Shown here one piece after another: positions 23,865-34,480 of a stretch of DNA of 64,000 bases. Under the pieces are notes generated by a model that searched no databases, had not been told where the DNA came from, and worked only from the letters and a program-made list of their open reading frames with translations. The position numbers and the translations under genes were made by a program. This stretch comes from Vicugna vicugna (lineage: Eukaryota), in the NCBI GenBank assembly GCA_013265495.1, contig MU058198.1, positions 5,223,779 through 5,287,778 on the forward strand, read 5' to 3'. The stretch's first letter is position 1. Every line of letters starts with the position of its first letter.

Positions 23865-24880
23865 GTGAACTCTCTTTTGATTTCAAGGAAAGTGCACTCA
23901 ACCCAAACTTGCTTGTGCAAAATCCAAATTGACTCACATTATAGAAAATCAATGGAGGATGTCTTCAGGCATAGCTGGATCCAGGTGCTAAGCAAGGTTT
24001 GTCTTCACTGAAATTTCAGTTTTATCGTTGTGTTGGTTTTGCTCTCAAGCTCAATGACCCAAGCTCTCTCTCAGAAAGCAAGATAAATACAGCTTCTCTT
24101 CATGTGCAATCAGGTTCAGTCTCAATGGGAAAAGAGGACTTGCTTCTCGCCCAGATACAAAAGACTCTTTATCTTTGTTTTGTTTTACTCTATTTGGGTC
24201 ACAAACATACTGATATGCACATTCTTGAACCAATCCATGGGCCAGGGGTATGGGACACATTGATTGACCTAGGTCTAGTTTATGTGCTGTGGTGTGATGA
24301 TTAATTTCATGTGTCACCTTGACTGGTCTTTGTTTCTCAGTGTGCCTGTGAGAATGCTTCCTGATGAGATTTCCATTTGAATCAGTGGACTCAGTAAAGT
24401 AGACGGCCCTCCCTAATGTGAGTGGGCATTATCCAATTCATTGAGGCTTGAAAGGAACACAAGATGGAGAAAGGAGAAATCACCCCTTTTCCTACCTCAT
24501 TGCTTGAGGGAACATCACTTGTCAACTTTTCCTGTCCTCAGACTGGGATTTGCACCATCAGCTACCTGGTTCTCAGGCTTTCAGACTCAGACTGAAATTA
24601 TACCACTGGCTTTCTTGGGTCTCCATCTTGCAAATGGTAGATCATGGAAATTCTCAGCCTCTGTGATCACATGGGCCAATTCCTCAGAATAAATCTCTAT
24701 CTCTCCATTTCTCTCTTTCTCTATCTCTGCCTATCTGTGTGTCTCTCTCCATCTCTGTTTCTCTGAAAATGCAGGTAGCAATTCCTGGGGCTGGGTCAGA
24801 AAGTGGGAGAGGAGAAAAATCCTCAAGTGAAAACAAAAACTAGAAGTATGTGAGTTTCTGAGGAGGCAAACAACAGGAGT
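23865..24880 (-). mobile_element. MLT1K-like MaLR LTR, split by an MLT2B LTR
   Basis: CTTCAGGCATAGCTGGATCCAGGTGCT and CATTCTTGAACCAATCCATGGGCCAGGGG. Confidence 0.6.
24293..24770 (+). mobile_element. MLT2B-type ERVL solo LTR
   Basis: TGTGATGATTAATTTCATGTGTCACCTTGACTGG ... TTTGAATCAGTGGACTCAGTAAAGTAGA...CCCTCCCTAATGTGAGTGGGCAT. Confidence 0.9.
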
Positions 24881-25319
24881 CAACTTTCAATAGCCTTCTT
24901 CCTATCATACAGTATAGAAAAATTCTTAAAGGCTGAATAGTGGGATAACTTGCCCTTTGCAAGCAAAGGAAACAGGTCTCAAGAACCTTGAGGCAAAGCA
25001 ATGGCTATAGTTAATAGCAGGAACCAAAGACTAACCAAAGTTTAGCTTTTAAGCTTTAAAAGATGCAGTCCAAATTCCCGAGATTCAGCAAGAGGGAAGA
25101 GTTCATTCTAGACCCAAAGAAAAGAAAAAAAAATTCTTTATACATTGCCAGTGTCATTTTGTTTCATTCCTAGTGCTTATTTTTAAACCTTACTTTGATC
25201 AAAAGAAGACCTGTGATGCTTGCTAAAAATATAGATTCTCAGGTTAACCTCCCATTGATTATAATTCACAGGAACTGCCTAGGGTACGGCCAAGGAACCT
25301 GCCTTTCTTATAGCAGGCA

Positions 25320-25925
25320 AGTTGCACATCCCAGATCAGTTAGAGAAGAAACTCTGGGGGTTTCACCTGGGGATCATTTTGTTTTAAAGTTCTCAGCTAA
25401 TTCCAATGTGGAGCCAAGTTTGAGAACCAATGCAATTTATGGTAGATCATTGGTTCTGGGGAACTTGATATAAATACAGAAGCCCAGGACATATTCTACG
25501 TGGACAGACCTGAGCTTCTCTTTCTTGGCATTCTAAGTGATTCTTATCAAAGTTTGAAAAACCTTGTTGCAGAGACTTACTACTCAAAGCGTGGTTCCCG
25601 ACAATTAGCATCTACATCACCTGGGAGCTTCTTAGAAATGCAGCATCTCAGGTCCCACCCCAGACCTACTGAATCCTTTTTAACAATAATTCCCAATAAT
25701 TTTCATATTAAAGTTAAAGATTTTCTGCAATAGCTGTGTTTTTCTCATCCCCAGTAGCAACTTAAGCTCATCTGGGGAGATCCTATGAAATATTGATGTC
25801 CAAGCCCTATTCCAAAATATTTTGATGAATTGGGTAGAATCTTGGGTAGGATCTCTTTATTGGTAATTTTTTAAAAAAAGTCCCTGGGCGATTCCAACGT
25901 CCAGCCAAGGACTGAGAACCTATGT
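25320..25925. mobile_element. Cluster of about four abutting MER5A/MER5B MITEs
   Basis: Termini AAGTTTGAGAACCA (~25420), AAGTTTGAAAACC (~25555), CTCAAAGCGTGGTTCC (~25585) and GACTGAGAACC (~25915). Confidence 0.75.
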
Positions 25926-27064
25926 TACAGGAGAGAGAGTTTGTTATCAGGTGGGCTCAGGTTACGTTTCAGCTGCAGCATTGATTAGCTGTATGACTTT
26001 GGGTAAGTTATTGAACTCCATAGCTTTCACTGCCTAATCTGTAGAATAGACATATGTCCAAAATACTATTTCTAGGCAAAGGATGCAAATGGAGCTGCTG
26101 GTGTATCCCTTACCTTGAGTATTAGGTTCTAGGAAGGACTGTTCTGCATGTTGAAGTTGAAAAAAACACCTGCAGCCAAATGGAGCAATCCAAATGGCAA
26201 TCCAAAGCTAACACCTATTTTTTCTTAAGTAAAACCCTGGTAAAAAGGATTACACTTTCTACCCTGGGTCCTGTTTTCTCCTAAGTTCAATAAACACAGG
26301 TTTCTAAAGGAGTGCCTAGATAGACTGTTTCCTTCCCCACACCCTGCAGCTGCTTAAACACCAACTTTCCCACTAGGAGGTAGATCAGACGGTGCTTTCT
26401 GCAACAGTGGGCTTGGCTGCCAGTTTAGAAGGAAATACTATCTTTCCATGAACTCTTTCTGAGCCTTTTTTCTCATTAGGTGCGCACAGTGATGAGGCCA
26501 ACTGGAGCAGCCTAATAGGCAAGGGAAACTCTCGGCTTTCAAGCTGGATTGTCAATAGGCAAGTTTGATACATTGGCTGCATTTCTCACCTAATCAGCAG
26601 CCAGCGGTCTCTCCGTTGAGTTCCCTTGGGGCATCAGAGCAAGCTATGTTTCACAATCTAACAGCTTAAATCAGCTCCGATATCAAGGAGCAGAGGCCTG
26701 AAGAAAAAAATAATCTTGCAGGAAGCTTGTATATGCAGAGAGGAGCACTTCTGATGACGGCAAGTGAGTTTGCACACTATCTGCTGTTTGCCTGAAACCA
26801 GACATGAGCCTCTGTGGCAGTGCCAGTGTGACATTCAGGAGAACAGGTGCATCTAAATTCAAATTAAATCTTCAGGTCGCTCAGCATTCAGTTATTTTAT
26901 TGGAGAACTTTAGCCAAAAGCATAGCAGAACACAGAACATTAGCCTGTTGGTGTGTGCCTTGGTCATGCTTCCGTCTTGGTCAAATGTGATCATCCATCT
27001 TGAAGATGCTCTGATTTTTGGCTATATCTGATGTAGGCACAGAAAGGGGCATGTCAAATATTTC

Positions 27065-27490
27065 TGTATTAGTAAGGATGCTTTCAGGTGCAATTTGCTG
27101 AAACCTAAACAAATTGGATTAAATATGGACAGAATTTTATGGGTTCATGTAAAAAATGTCTAAGGTCATTAAGGTTTCAGACACTGTTTGATCATGATTC
27201 TTCTTCAATTTCTGTCATCCTCCAGGCTTGCCCTCCTGACTTTGCCCTCATGGTAGCCAAAGAGCTGAAGCAGGTCTAGAGTTCATATCAGAGCCTGGGA
27301 GAGCGCCTTTTTCCCAACCATAGAAAGTTCTGAGCTTCACTCTGATCAGTATAACTTAGTTTGTTTGCCTGACACCAAGGCAACCATGTCCAAGGGGAAT
27401 GACATTGTGCTGATTAACCTGAGAGTAGATTCAATCCCACTCAAACTACATAGCTACTTCTTAAAAAGATAAATGGATATTAGGGAGGAA
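27065..27490 (-). mobile_element. Old MaLR LTR (MLT1J/K/L-like)
   Basis: TGTATTAGTAAGGATGCTTTCAGGTGCAA...GAAACC. Confidence 0.6.
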
Positions 27491-28629
27491 GCCCACAGTT
27501 CCTATGTAGTTCCTTTCTCTCCAGGCCTTAATAGATTTTCTTTTTTAATTAGAGAGAACTTGAGCAGGTACAAACTAGATTCCAATAGTGGTTTAATGTT
27601 GGCTTTGCCAGTATGTAGGATCTCTTCTCAAAGTGAGTTGCATGAAAATCCAGATAAGTTTCTTAGGATTATCTCAGGGTGACATAAAGCTATTTTAAAG
27701 GGTGGGAGGTTTGGTCTTCTAGTCATTGGATGCGTTCTCACAGAGTTGAGGAAAGAGAGAGAAAGGAAAGAGAGAGAATGTATGTCTGAAAGGAGGCAAG
27801 GGCTTCTTAGATTTCTTTATTCACTGAGTATATTAGCTCCTGGCTCATGATTTTTCTTCCTACCCCGACTTTTCTCATCTTTCTTGGTGGCCAAAAAAAG
27901 TTCATGAGACTAAGTCATTAGGTTCCTTGACCTACTCTCCTCCAATCACCTTTTATTCTACTCCACTTCCATCACCCATTCCAGTGTTCATAGCCTGGAC
28001 TTTACACCACCAGTAATCTGCAGATCTAAAATATATTTAAAACAACTCGGTCTTAAAGCCATCACTTAATATTCCTGCTCACCTATGCCAGAATCCTCAA
28101 CACAGCAACTCTTCCTTCTTTACAATCTCTGGTCCATTAGCCACATCGTCTTTCCACCATTCATCAGTCTTCTCCCATCTTCACTTATCTCCTTATCCAA
28201 CTTAGATTTCATGACCATTTTTGATAATTACTCCCTTGAAAACATTGCAAGTGTCTTCTCTCTCTCTTCTTTCATCTTGTTCAACAATTAAATTCCTCTA
28301 ACTAGCTAAACTTCACGGAGGAAAAATCAAACAGGCAGACCAACCAGTTTCACTTAAAATTCATGACCACACACCTCCCATGGATGCTCAGTGCTGCTCT
28401 CCCATCCTAAGCATTTCTCCCATAAGACCACTTCCTATCCTCCAGAGGACTGTTTCATCACGTCTCCTCTGTCTCCAGACCTTTTGTTCTCACTCTCCAT
28501 GCCTCCTATTCTCTTATGATCCTATGTTTTGGGAAAATAGAAGTCAATGGAGGAAGTTTTTCATTACTTCACCACAAATCTACTCATACCTGTTTTCTCT
28601 TCTTAGATTTTCCTCCTGTTAAAATGGAG

Positions 28630-28830
28630 GAAATAGAAACGAAGAGAGGAATGGGAAGTTTAATGTTCATTGGGTACAGAGTTTCAGTTTGGGATAATAA
28701 AAAAATTTCTGGAGAAGGATAGTAGTAATGGTTACATAATAATGTGAGTGCACTTAATACACTGACCTGTATACTTTAAAATCATTTAAATGGTAAGTTT
28801 TCTGCTCTCTATATTTTATCATAATAAAGA
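28630..28830 (+). mobile_element. L1MA/L1MB 3' end
   Basis: TGGGTACAGAGTTTCAGTTTGGGATAATAAAAAAATTTCTGGAGA ... AAATGGTAAGTTTT. Confidence 0.85.
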
Positions 28831-28839
28831 TATTTGTTA

Positions 28840-30755
28840 ACTACAAAGGGATGAGATGTCAAGAACTGGAGCAGAAAGTTAACAACAACAACAACAACAA
28901 AAGACTTCCTGCAGTCTCTTAGGCCTAGGAAAATTAAAATTGGGGGTTTAAGTTATGAAAGAAGCCAGAAATTGAGAAGCCAAGTTGCCAGTGAGAAGTA
29001 AGCCTGAAATTCTATGGTACTTTTTCCCCAAAGGAATCCGCCAATTCGTAAGCATCACAGAAGATTAAGAAACTGAATATTTCTGTTAATGGGCTTAGAA
29101 TCTAACCAAAGCTTTTGTTTTCAGGGCCCTGAAAACACTGGGGGTTTAGTAGATACTCCTGAAGGGCTATACCCTGGGATTAAAGGTGCACTAGATATAG
29201 GACCTTACGTCATCTGAAACCCAGCCTTAAATTACCTCAATACCTGATTCGATTAAGGTATCTATCTTAATCTGTCTTATAGCAACTAAAATAAACATTC
29301 TGGAGGAAAATAACACCATTCACAGACTCTCATTTTTTTATGTGTGATGTCCAGCATTCAATCAAAAATTACTAAACATATAAAGAAATGGAACCAAGAG
29401 GAACTATAACAGAAACAGACCTACAGACGACTCAGATATTGGACTTATGGGACATAGACTTTAAAATAACTCTGATCAATATGTTTAATTGAATAGATGA
29501 GAAAGTGTAGAATTTTAGCAGAGAATTGAAATATATATTTTTAAAAGCAGCAAATCAAAAATTGAAAAATAAGAAAAAAATAAAGTTTAAGAATTCAGTG
29601 GATAGGTTTAATAACAGATTAGAACCAAATGAAGCAAAAAGTCATTGAACTGAAAAGCAGGACTTTATAAAAAAAAATACAGACTATAAAAAGAAGAAAG
29701 AAAAAGACTCCAATTTAGGAAAAGAGCTTAAGAGATATATTGGACAAAATGAAATGATTTAACATTTGTGTAATTGGAATCTCATAAAGAGAGGAAAAAA
29801 GAGACAGAGAGAGAATGAAACACAAAGAGTGAAAATAGATTTTTTTCCAAAATAGGTGAAAACTATAGACTCAGGAATCACTACAAACTCCAAGCAGGAT
29901 AACAAACAAAAAAACCAAACCCATATAAGCACATTGCAGGAAATCGCTGAAAATGAAATACAAAGAAAAAAAATTGTAAAAGCAGCTAGAAGAGGGTGGA
30001 GGGTGGGGTATGTTACATCAAAAAGAATAACAATAAAATTGATGATCCAATTCCCAACTGAAATGATGGAATCCAGAAGCAAATGCAGTGATTTATTCTG
30101 AGTGCTGAAAGGAAAGAATTATAATCTTTGTGAAAATAGCCTTTCAAAAATGAAGGTGAAATGAAGATATTATCAAGCAAACAAATCCTGGAAATTCCCT
30201 TCTAGAACAGATCACACCAGAGACTGGAGGGTGTACAGGGAAGACATCTTGTTCTGCTCTGGTTTCCAAAGCAAAATATCACAGACTGAATGGTTTAAAC
30301 AACAGAAATGTAGTTCTCACATTTCTGAAAGCTGGCAAGTTCAAGACCAGGGAGCCAGAATGGTTGCATTCTAGTAAGCCCTCCTCCTAGCTTGTAGGTG
30401 ACTATCTTCTCCTTGTTTCCTCGTGTAGCAGAGAAAGAAGCTAGCCCTCTTCTGTCTCTTCATATAAGGGCATAAAGCTTATCATGAAGACTCCATCCTC
30501 ATGACCTAATTACATCCGAAAGGCCTCATCTCCAAGCCCCATAACTTTGGGGACTGGGGCTTCAGCATATGAATTTTGGGGAGACACAAACATACAGTCT
30601 ATAACAGATGGCTTCTGAAATGCTGGTAGTGTTCTGTTTTATGATTTGAGTAGTCATAACATAGGTGTGTTCACTCTGTGTAAAATGTTTGATCTGCACA
30701 TCTATGATTTATGCTCTCTTCTTTATATGTTATATTTTACCAAAAATATTTAATT
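28840..30755 (+). mobile_element. L1 ORF1-bearing element joined directly to an L1ME-type 3' end (HAL1/HAL1ME-like or internally deleted L1)
   Basis: ORF 29856..30101 (KKIVKAARR...VTSKRITIKLMIQFPTEMMESRSKCSDLF) resembles the L1 ORF1 C-terminal domain (KILKAAR..ITYKG..IRLTADFS.ETMEARRQW.DIF); L1ME-like 3' end at 30610-30755; no ORF2 visible. Confidence 0.65.
30249..30606 (-). mobile_element. MLT1A-type MaLR solo LTR
   Basis: GGTTTAAACAACAGAAATGTAGTTCTCACA ... CCATCCTCATGACCTAATTAC ... GAATTTTGGGGAGACACAAACATACAGTCTATAACA. Confidence 0.88.
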
Positions 30756-31274
30756 TTAAACCCATGACCCCTTTCCTGTAACATCTTATTTTTCTGCTTA
30801 ATGGTACAACTTCTTGAAAAATTCATCTATTCTTGATAGATCCACTTCCTCCACATCTCATTTTCTTTTCATTTTATTTCAATACACTTTCTTTTTCACA
30901 GCTTCATTAACATGACTCAAAATCATCTATACCCTCCTCCCTACTATGTTGCCGGATCCAGGGGTCTCCATCTTACTTTGCATTTCAGGACAATTTAACA
31001 TAGCTTTCCTCCTTCTTGAGACTTCTTCCTCTCTGGGTTGTTAGAACACCACATTCTTCTGGTTTTCCTCCAGTCTCACTGGCTGCTTCATTTTCTTTCC
31101 AGATTCCTTTGTGCATTCACAAACTCCTCTGCTCAACCTCTAAATGTTAGGGCACATCAGAAACCTGTCCAGATACTCAGGCCATTTCTAATCCACACTC
31201 TCTTCTACCTTCATGTATCCAATTCAGACTTGAAACTTGAGTTCCAGACAGGTGTGGTTAATTTTCAATATTAG

Positions 31275-31492
31275 GAGACAGCACACTTTTCCTATAAAAG
31301 GCCAAATAGTAAATATTTTCAACTTTTCAGGTCATATGGTTTTTGTCACAAAGACTCAACTCTGTCATTGTAGCATGAAAGCAGCCAGGGACTGTACATA
31401 AATGAATGGATGTGACTGTGTTCCAAGAAAACTTTATCTACCAAAACAAGCGGCAGGCAAGATTTGGCTCGGTGTCTATATGTAGTTCACTA
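31275..31492. mobile_element. MER58A hAT MITE
   Basis: AAAGGCCAAATAGTAAATATTTT ... ACTCAACTCTGTCATTGTAGCATGAAAGCAGCCA ... CTGTGTTCCAAGAAAACTTTAT. Confidence 0.88.
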
Positions 31493-31562
31493 TCTACAGG
31501 ATATTCATTCTTGAATCTCTAATACATGTTTTGATATTAACAAGCTTGAACAATTCATCCCT

Positions 31563-31960
31563 ATGTTGGTAAATTTTATGTGTTAACCTGACTAGGCAAT
31601 AGGACCCAGGTATTTAATCAAACATCATTCTAGACATTTCTGTGAAAATATTTTTAGATGGAATTAACATTTGAATCAGTAGACTTTAAAAAAAGCAAAG
31701 AACCCTCCATAATGTGAGTGGAGGGTTTCAATCAGTTGAAAACCTTAATGGATAAAAGACTAACCTCCCATGAAGAGAAGGAAAAGTTTCCAACATGCTT
31801 CTGGACTCCAATTGTAACTTTTTCCTGGATCTTCAGCCTGCTTATCTACCCTGCAGATTTTGGACTTGCCAGCCTGCACAATTGTGTGAGTGAGATAATT
31901 CCTTAAAAATGCTCTCTTTCTCTCTTGTGCCCTCTCACTCTCTCCCTGGCTTTCTCTTTG
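31563..31960 (+). mobile_element. MLT2D-type ERVL solo LTR
   Basis: GGTAAATTTTATGTGTTAACCTGACTAGGC ... CCCTGCAGATTTTGGACTTGCCAGCCTGCACAATTGTGTGAG. Confidence 0.88.

Positions 31961-32005
<45 letters not shown>
31961..32005 (+). repeat. (TCTA)n microsatellite
   Basis: About 11 units seen directly. Confidence 0.97.
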
Positions 32006-32006
<1 letters not shown>

Positions 32007-32891
32007 CATCGTATCCATCCTTTTCTCCATCTCCACCATCATCATGATTCAGATCACCATTATCTCCCACCTATATAACATGGATAGCTAATTGATAATT
32101 TTCCCTTCAGCCCCTCCTTCTTAGAGAAGTCAGGATGATGTTTGTAAAGATAAGATTATATCTCTCTCCTGCTTGAAATAAATATTCAAAATAAAACTCT
32201 ATTGCCCTACCACGGTCTGCTAGAGCATGCAGAAGGAAGATACGAGAAACTGGAGTATATTCAATATTCTAAGTGAGGCAGCTATTCTTCCGCTGTAAGT
32301 TATACAGCAACAAGGGTCCAGATGTTGCCAAATCCTTTCTCCTCTTTTTAAAAGAAAGGCTAGACTCCCAGATTTCTTCAGTATTTATAATTTCCCAAAC
32401 TCCTCATCAGAGTTTTCAAAGCTCTTGTAGGTTTTGCTGTTCTTTCTATCTTTCCAAACTCTTTCCTGCCACACTCTCTGCATTTCACCCTCCAGTCATG
32501 GTAATCTAACTCTGATTTTCAATATGCATCAGGAAGTTTCCCACCTTCAAGTCTTTGCATCTGCTGCTCCTTCTGCTCACGCTTCCCTCTGCCTCCCACC
32601 TCTTTCTCCCCCTGGCTGAGATGGCAGCATCTACTCACTCCAAGAAGGCTTCTTTGATATCACCTTAAGCCAAGGTTGTTGCCCCTCCATGGGAATACAT
32701 GCTTCCCCACAATAGCTAGTACTTGTCAAACTTCGCTGCAACTCTCTGCTAGTAGACTGTGTACTAACAGCTCAAGTACATGGATAGCATCTTTGATTCC
32801 TTCTTGGTCAGTACAGGAATAACCATGAAAGTGCCTGAGCCCTACTTTCAGGCTTCGGCGGGTTTACGCCATAGATTTCTCCAGGGACTCC

Positions 32892-32912
32892 ATCGCTGTC
32901 CAAGGTGCTGAC
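32892..32912 (-). promoter_or_regulatory. RE1/NRSE element (predicted REST binding site)
   Basis: Minus strand GTCAGCACCTTGGACAGCGAT matches NTYAGMRCCNNRGMSAG at every position, with the canonical 2-bp spacer. Confidence 0.75.
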
Positions 32913-33329
32913 TTCTTTGCCCTGCCTGCCTCTAGTCAGGGCTAGAGTCTAATCTTTTGCTCCTATTCCCAGAACCGAGTCACCAGGTGGGGCTACCTGC
33001 TCACTTAAGCCTCTGTATTACTAGGGCCTGCCACAATCTCCAATGGCTAGAATTAAATTTATGCTTTAATACCAGACTTCAGTTGCTTGCTTGCACCTCT
33101 GAGGTCAGTATTTGCAGCCGGATTGAGTTACTCAGTACCTGTTCTGACCTACAGGTAAATCTTCTGCCTGATCCCAGCCAGTGCACTCTCTCCCCATTTC
33201 CTGCATAAACTGTGTGCCAATCCTCACACATTTCTCCACTTGTCTTAATATATGATCCCTGTTCTCACCCCTGAGAATGTGCAAGAAATAGTCCCTCATT
33301 TCTTTTTCTGTTAAGGGAGGGTCTTTGAA

Positions 33330-33565
33330 TGGAGAAAGTACAAGTTGAAGGCATAGACTTTATTCTCCCTTGAAACTACATTTAAACCCTAGCTTTATCA
33401 ATGACCAACTATGCAAGTTTGGGCAATGTCTCTGAACCTTAGTTTTCTCATCTATGAAACAGGAACAATAATACACATCTCATGGAGATATTAAGAAAAT
33501 TGAAGCTAATATGTTTTAAAGCACTTAGAACATAAATTACTTATGTTTAATTAACAGTAAGTAAC
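33330..33565 (+). mobile_element. MIR SINE
   Basis: TCTCTGAACCTTAGTTTTCTCATCTATGAAACAGGAACAATAATA. Confidence 0.75.
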
Positions 33566-34269
33566 AGTGTGGCAACAGCCTCACTCACTGTCTGGTCTGA
33601 GCTCGGCCTCTCTCTCTCCCTGTAGAGCGTCTCCAAGCCTCTCTGATTCCCTCCTGACAGATGCTTTTGTTGCTAATAAATCCTGCCTGTGATATCACAG
33701 TTCATTGCAGCAGCTGGCTCAGAATTGAGACATCAACACATGACTCAGACAGGATGAGAGGAGGAGGAGGAGGAGGCTGAAGACAGAGGTTCCAAATACC
33801 TTGGTGACAAGGAACAGAAAAGAAAAAGAACTGGAGATAATAAGACATGGGTGTTTTGCTTTTCTGCCAAGTGGGATGGGTTTAAACTTCTCCCTGTGTT
33901 CACCACCCACTCGAAGTTAGGTAATTTGCTTCTGGGAGGGGCAGCCAGTCTGGAATTTGGCAACTGAGAGGGAAAAAAGTTTGCAAGTGAGACCTGCAAT
34001 GTGATGTCCAGGCTGAAGAAGGAAGAAAGAGAGAAGGAGAATGAAAAAAGGAAGGAAGGAGGGGAGCTTCTCTAACAGGCTTGTCTTGGACATACGTCTA
34101 GCATGGTAGAAACCAGCTTCCCAAGACTCGCACAATTTGGAATTAGTTCTATGAAATTTGTTGTTCATAAGAATAAGTGCAATTCCACAGTATAATATTC
34201 AAGGTCACTCAAAGTGTGGTCCCTTCTGAACGTTCCTCTTCACCTCCTGCCATCTATTCCCACATGTAC

Positions 34270-34480
34270 AAAGAAAGATACTCGAGTGTTTACTTGGTAT
34301 CAGTTCTATGCCTGCACTTTTATTTCATCTTCTCAATAACCCTTCAAAGTAGATCCTATTATTGCTCTCATTTTCTAGAAAATAAAACTGAGAATCTGCA
34401 TTATTAACTTATTTCCTAGCTTCACAGACTTAGTGTGAAGTTCAGCTAGGCAACCTGATAACAGAGACCATGATGACAAC
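34270..34480 (-). mobile_element. MIR SINE
   Basis: TCTTCTCAATAACCCTTCAAAGTAGATCCTATTATTGCTCTCATTTTCTAGAAAATAAAACTGAG. Confidence 0.65.

Larger units (their letters stand above)
27815..32800 (+). mobile_element. Long fragmented L2 running from the endonuclease region to the 3' region, with nested younger insertions
   Basis: L2 pieces at ~27815-28625, 30760-31270, 31490-31560, 32010-32220 and 32450-32800, e.g. GTTCCTTGACCTACTCTCCTCCAAT and TTCTTCTGGTTTTCCTCC. Confidence 0.7.

Noticed and set aside
33687..33700. Perfect 14-bp palindrome CTGTGATATCACAG
   Set aside because: A few palindromes of this length are expected by chance in 64 kb.
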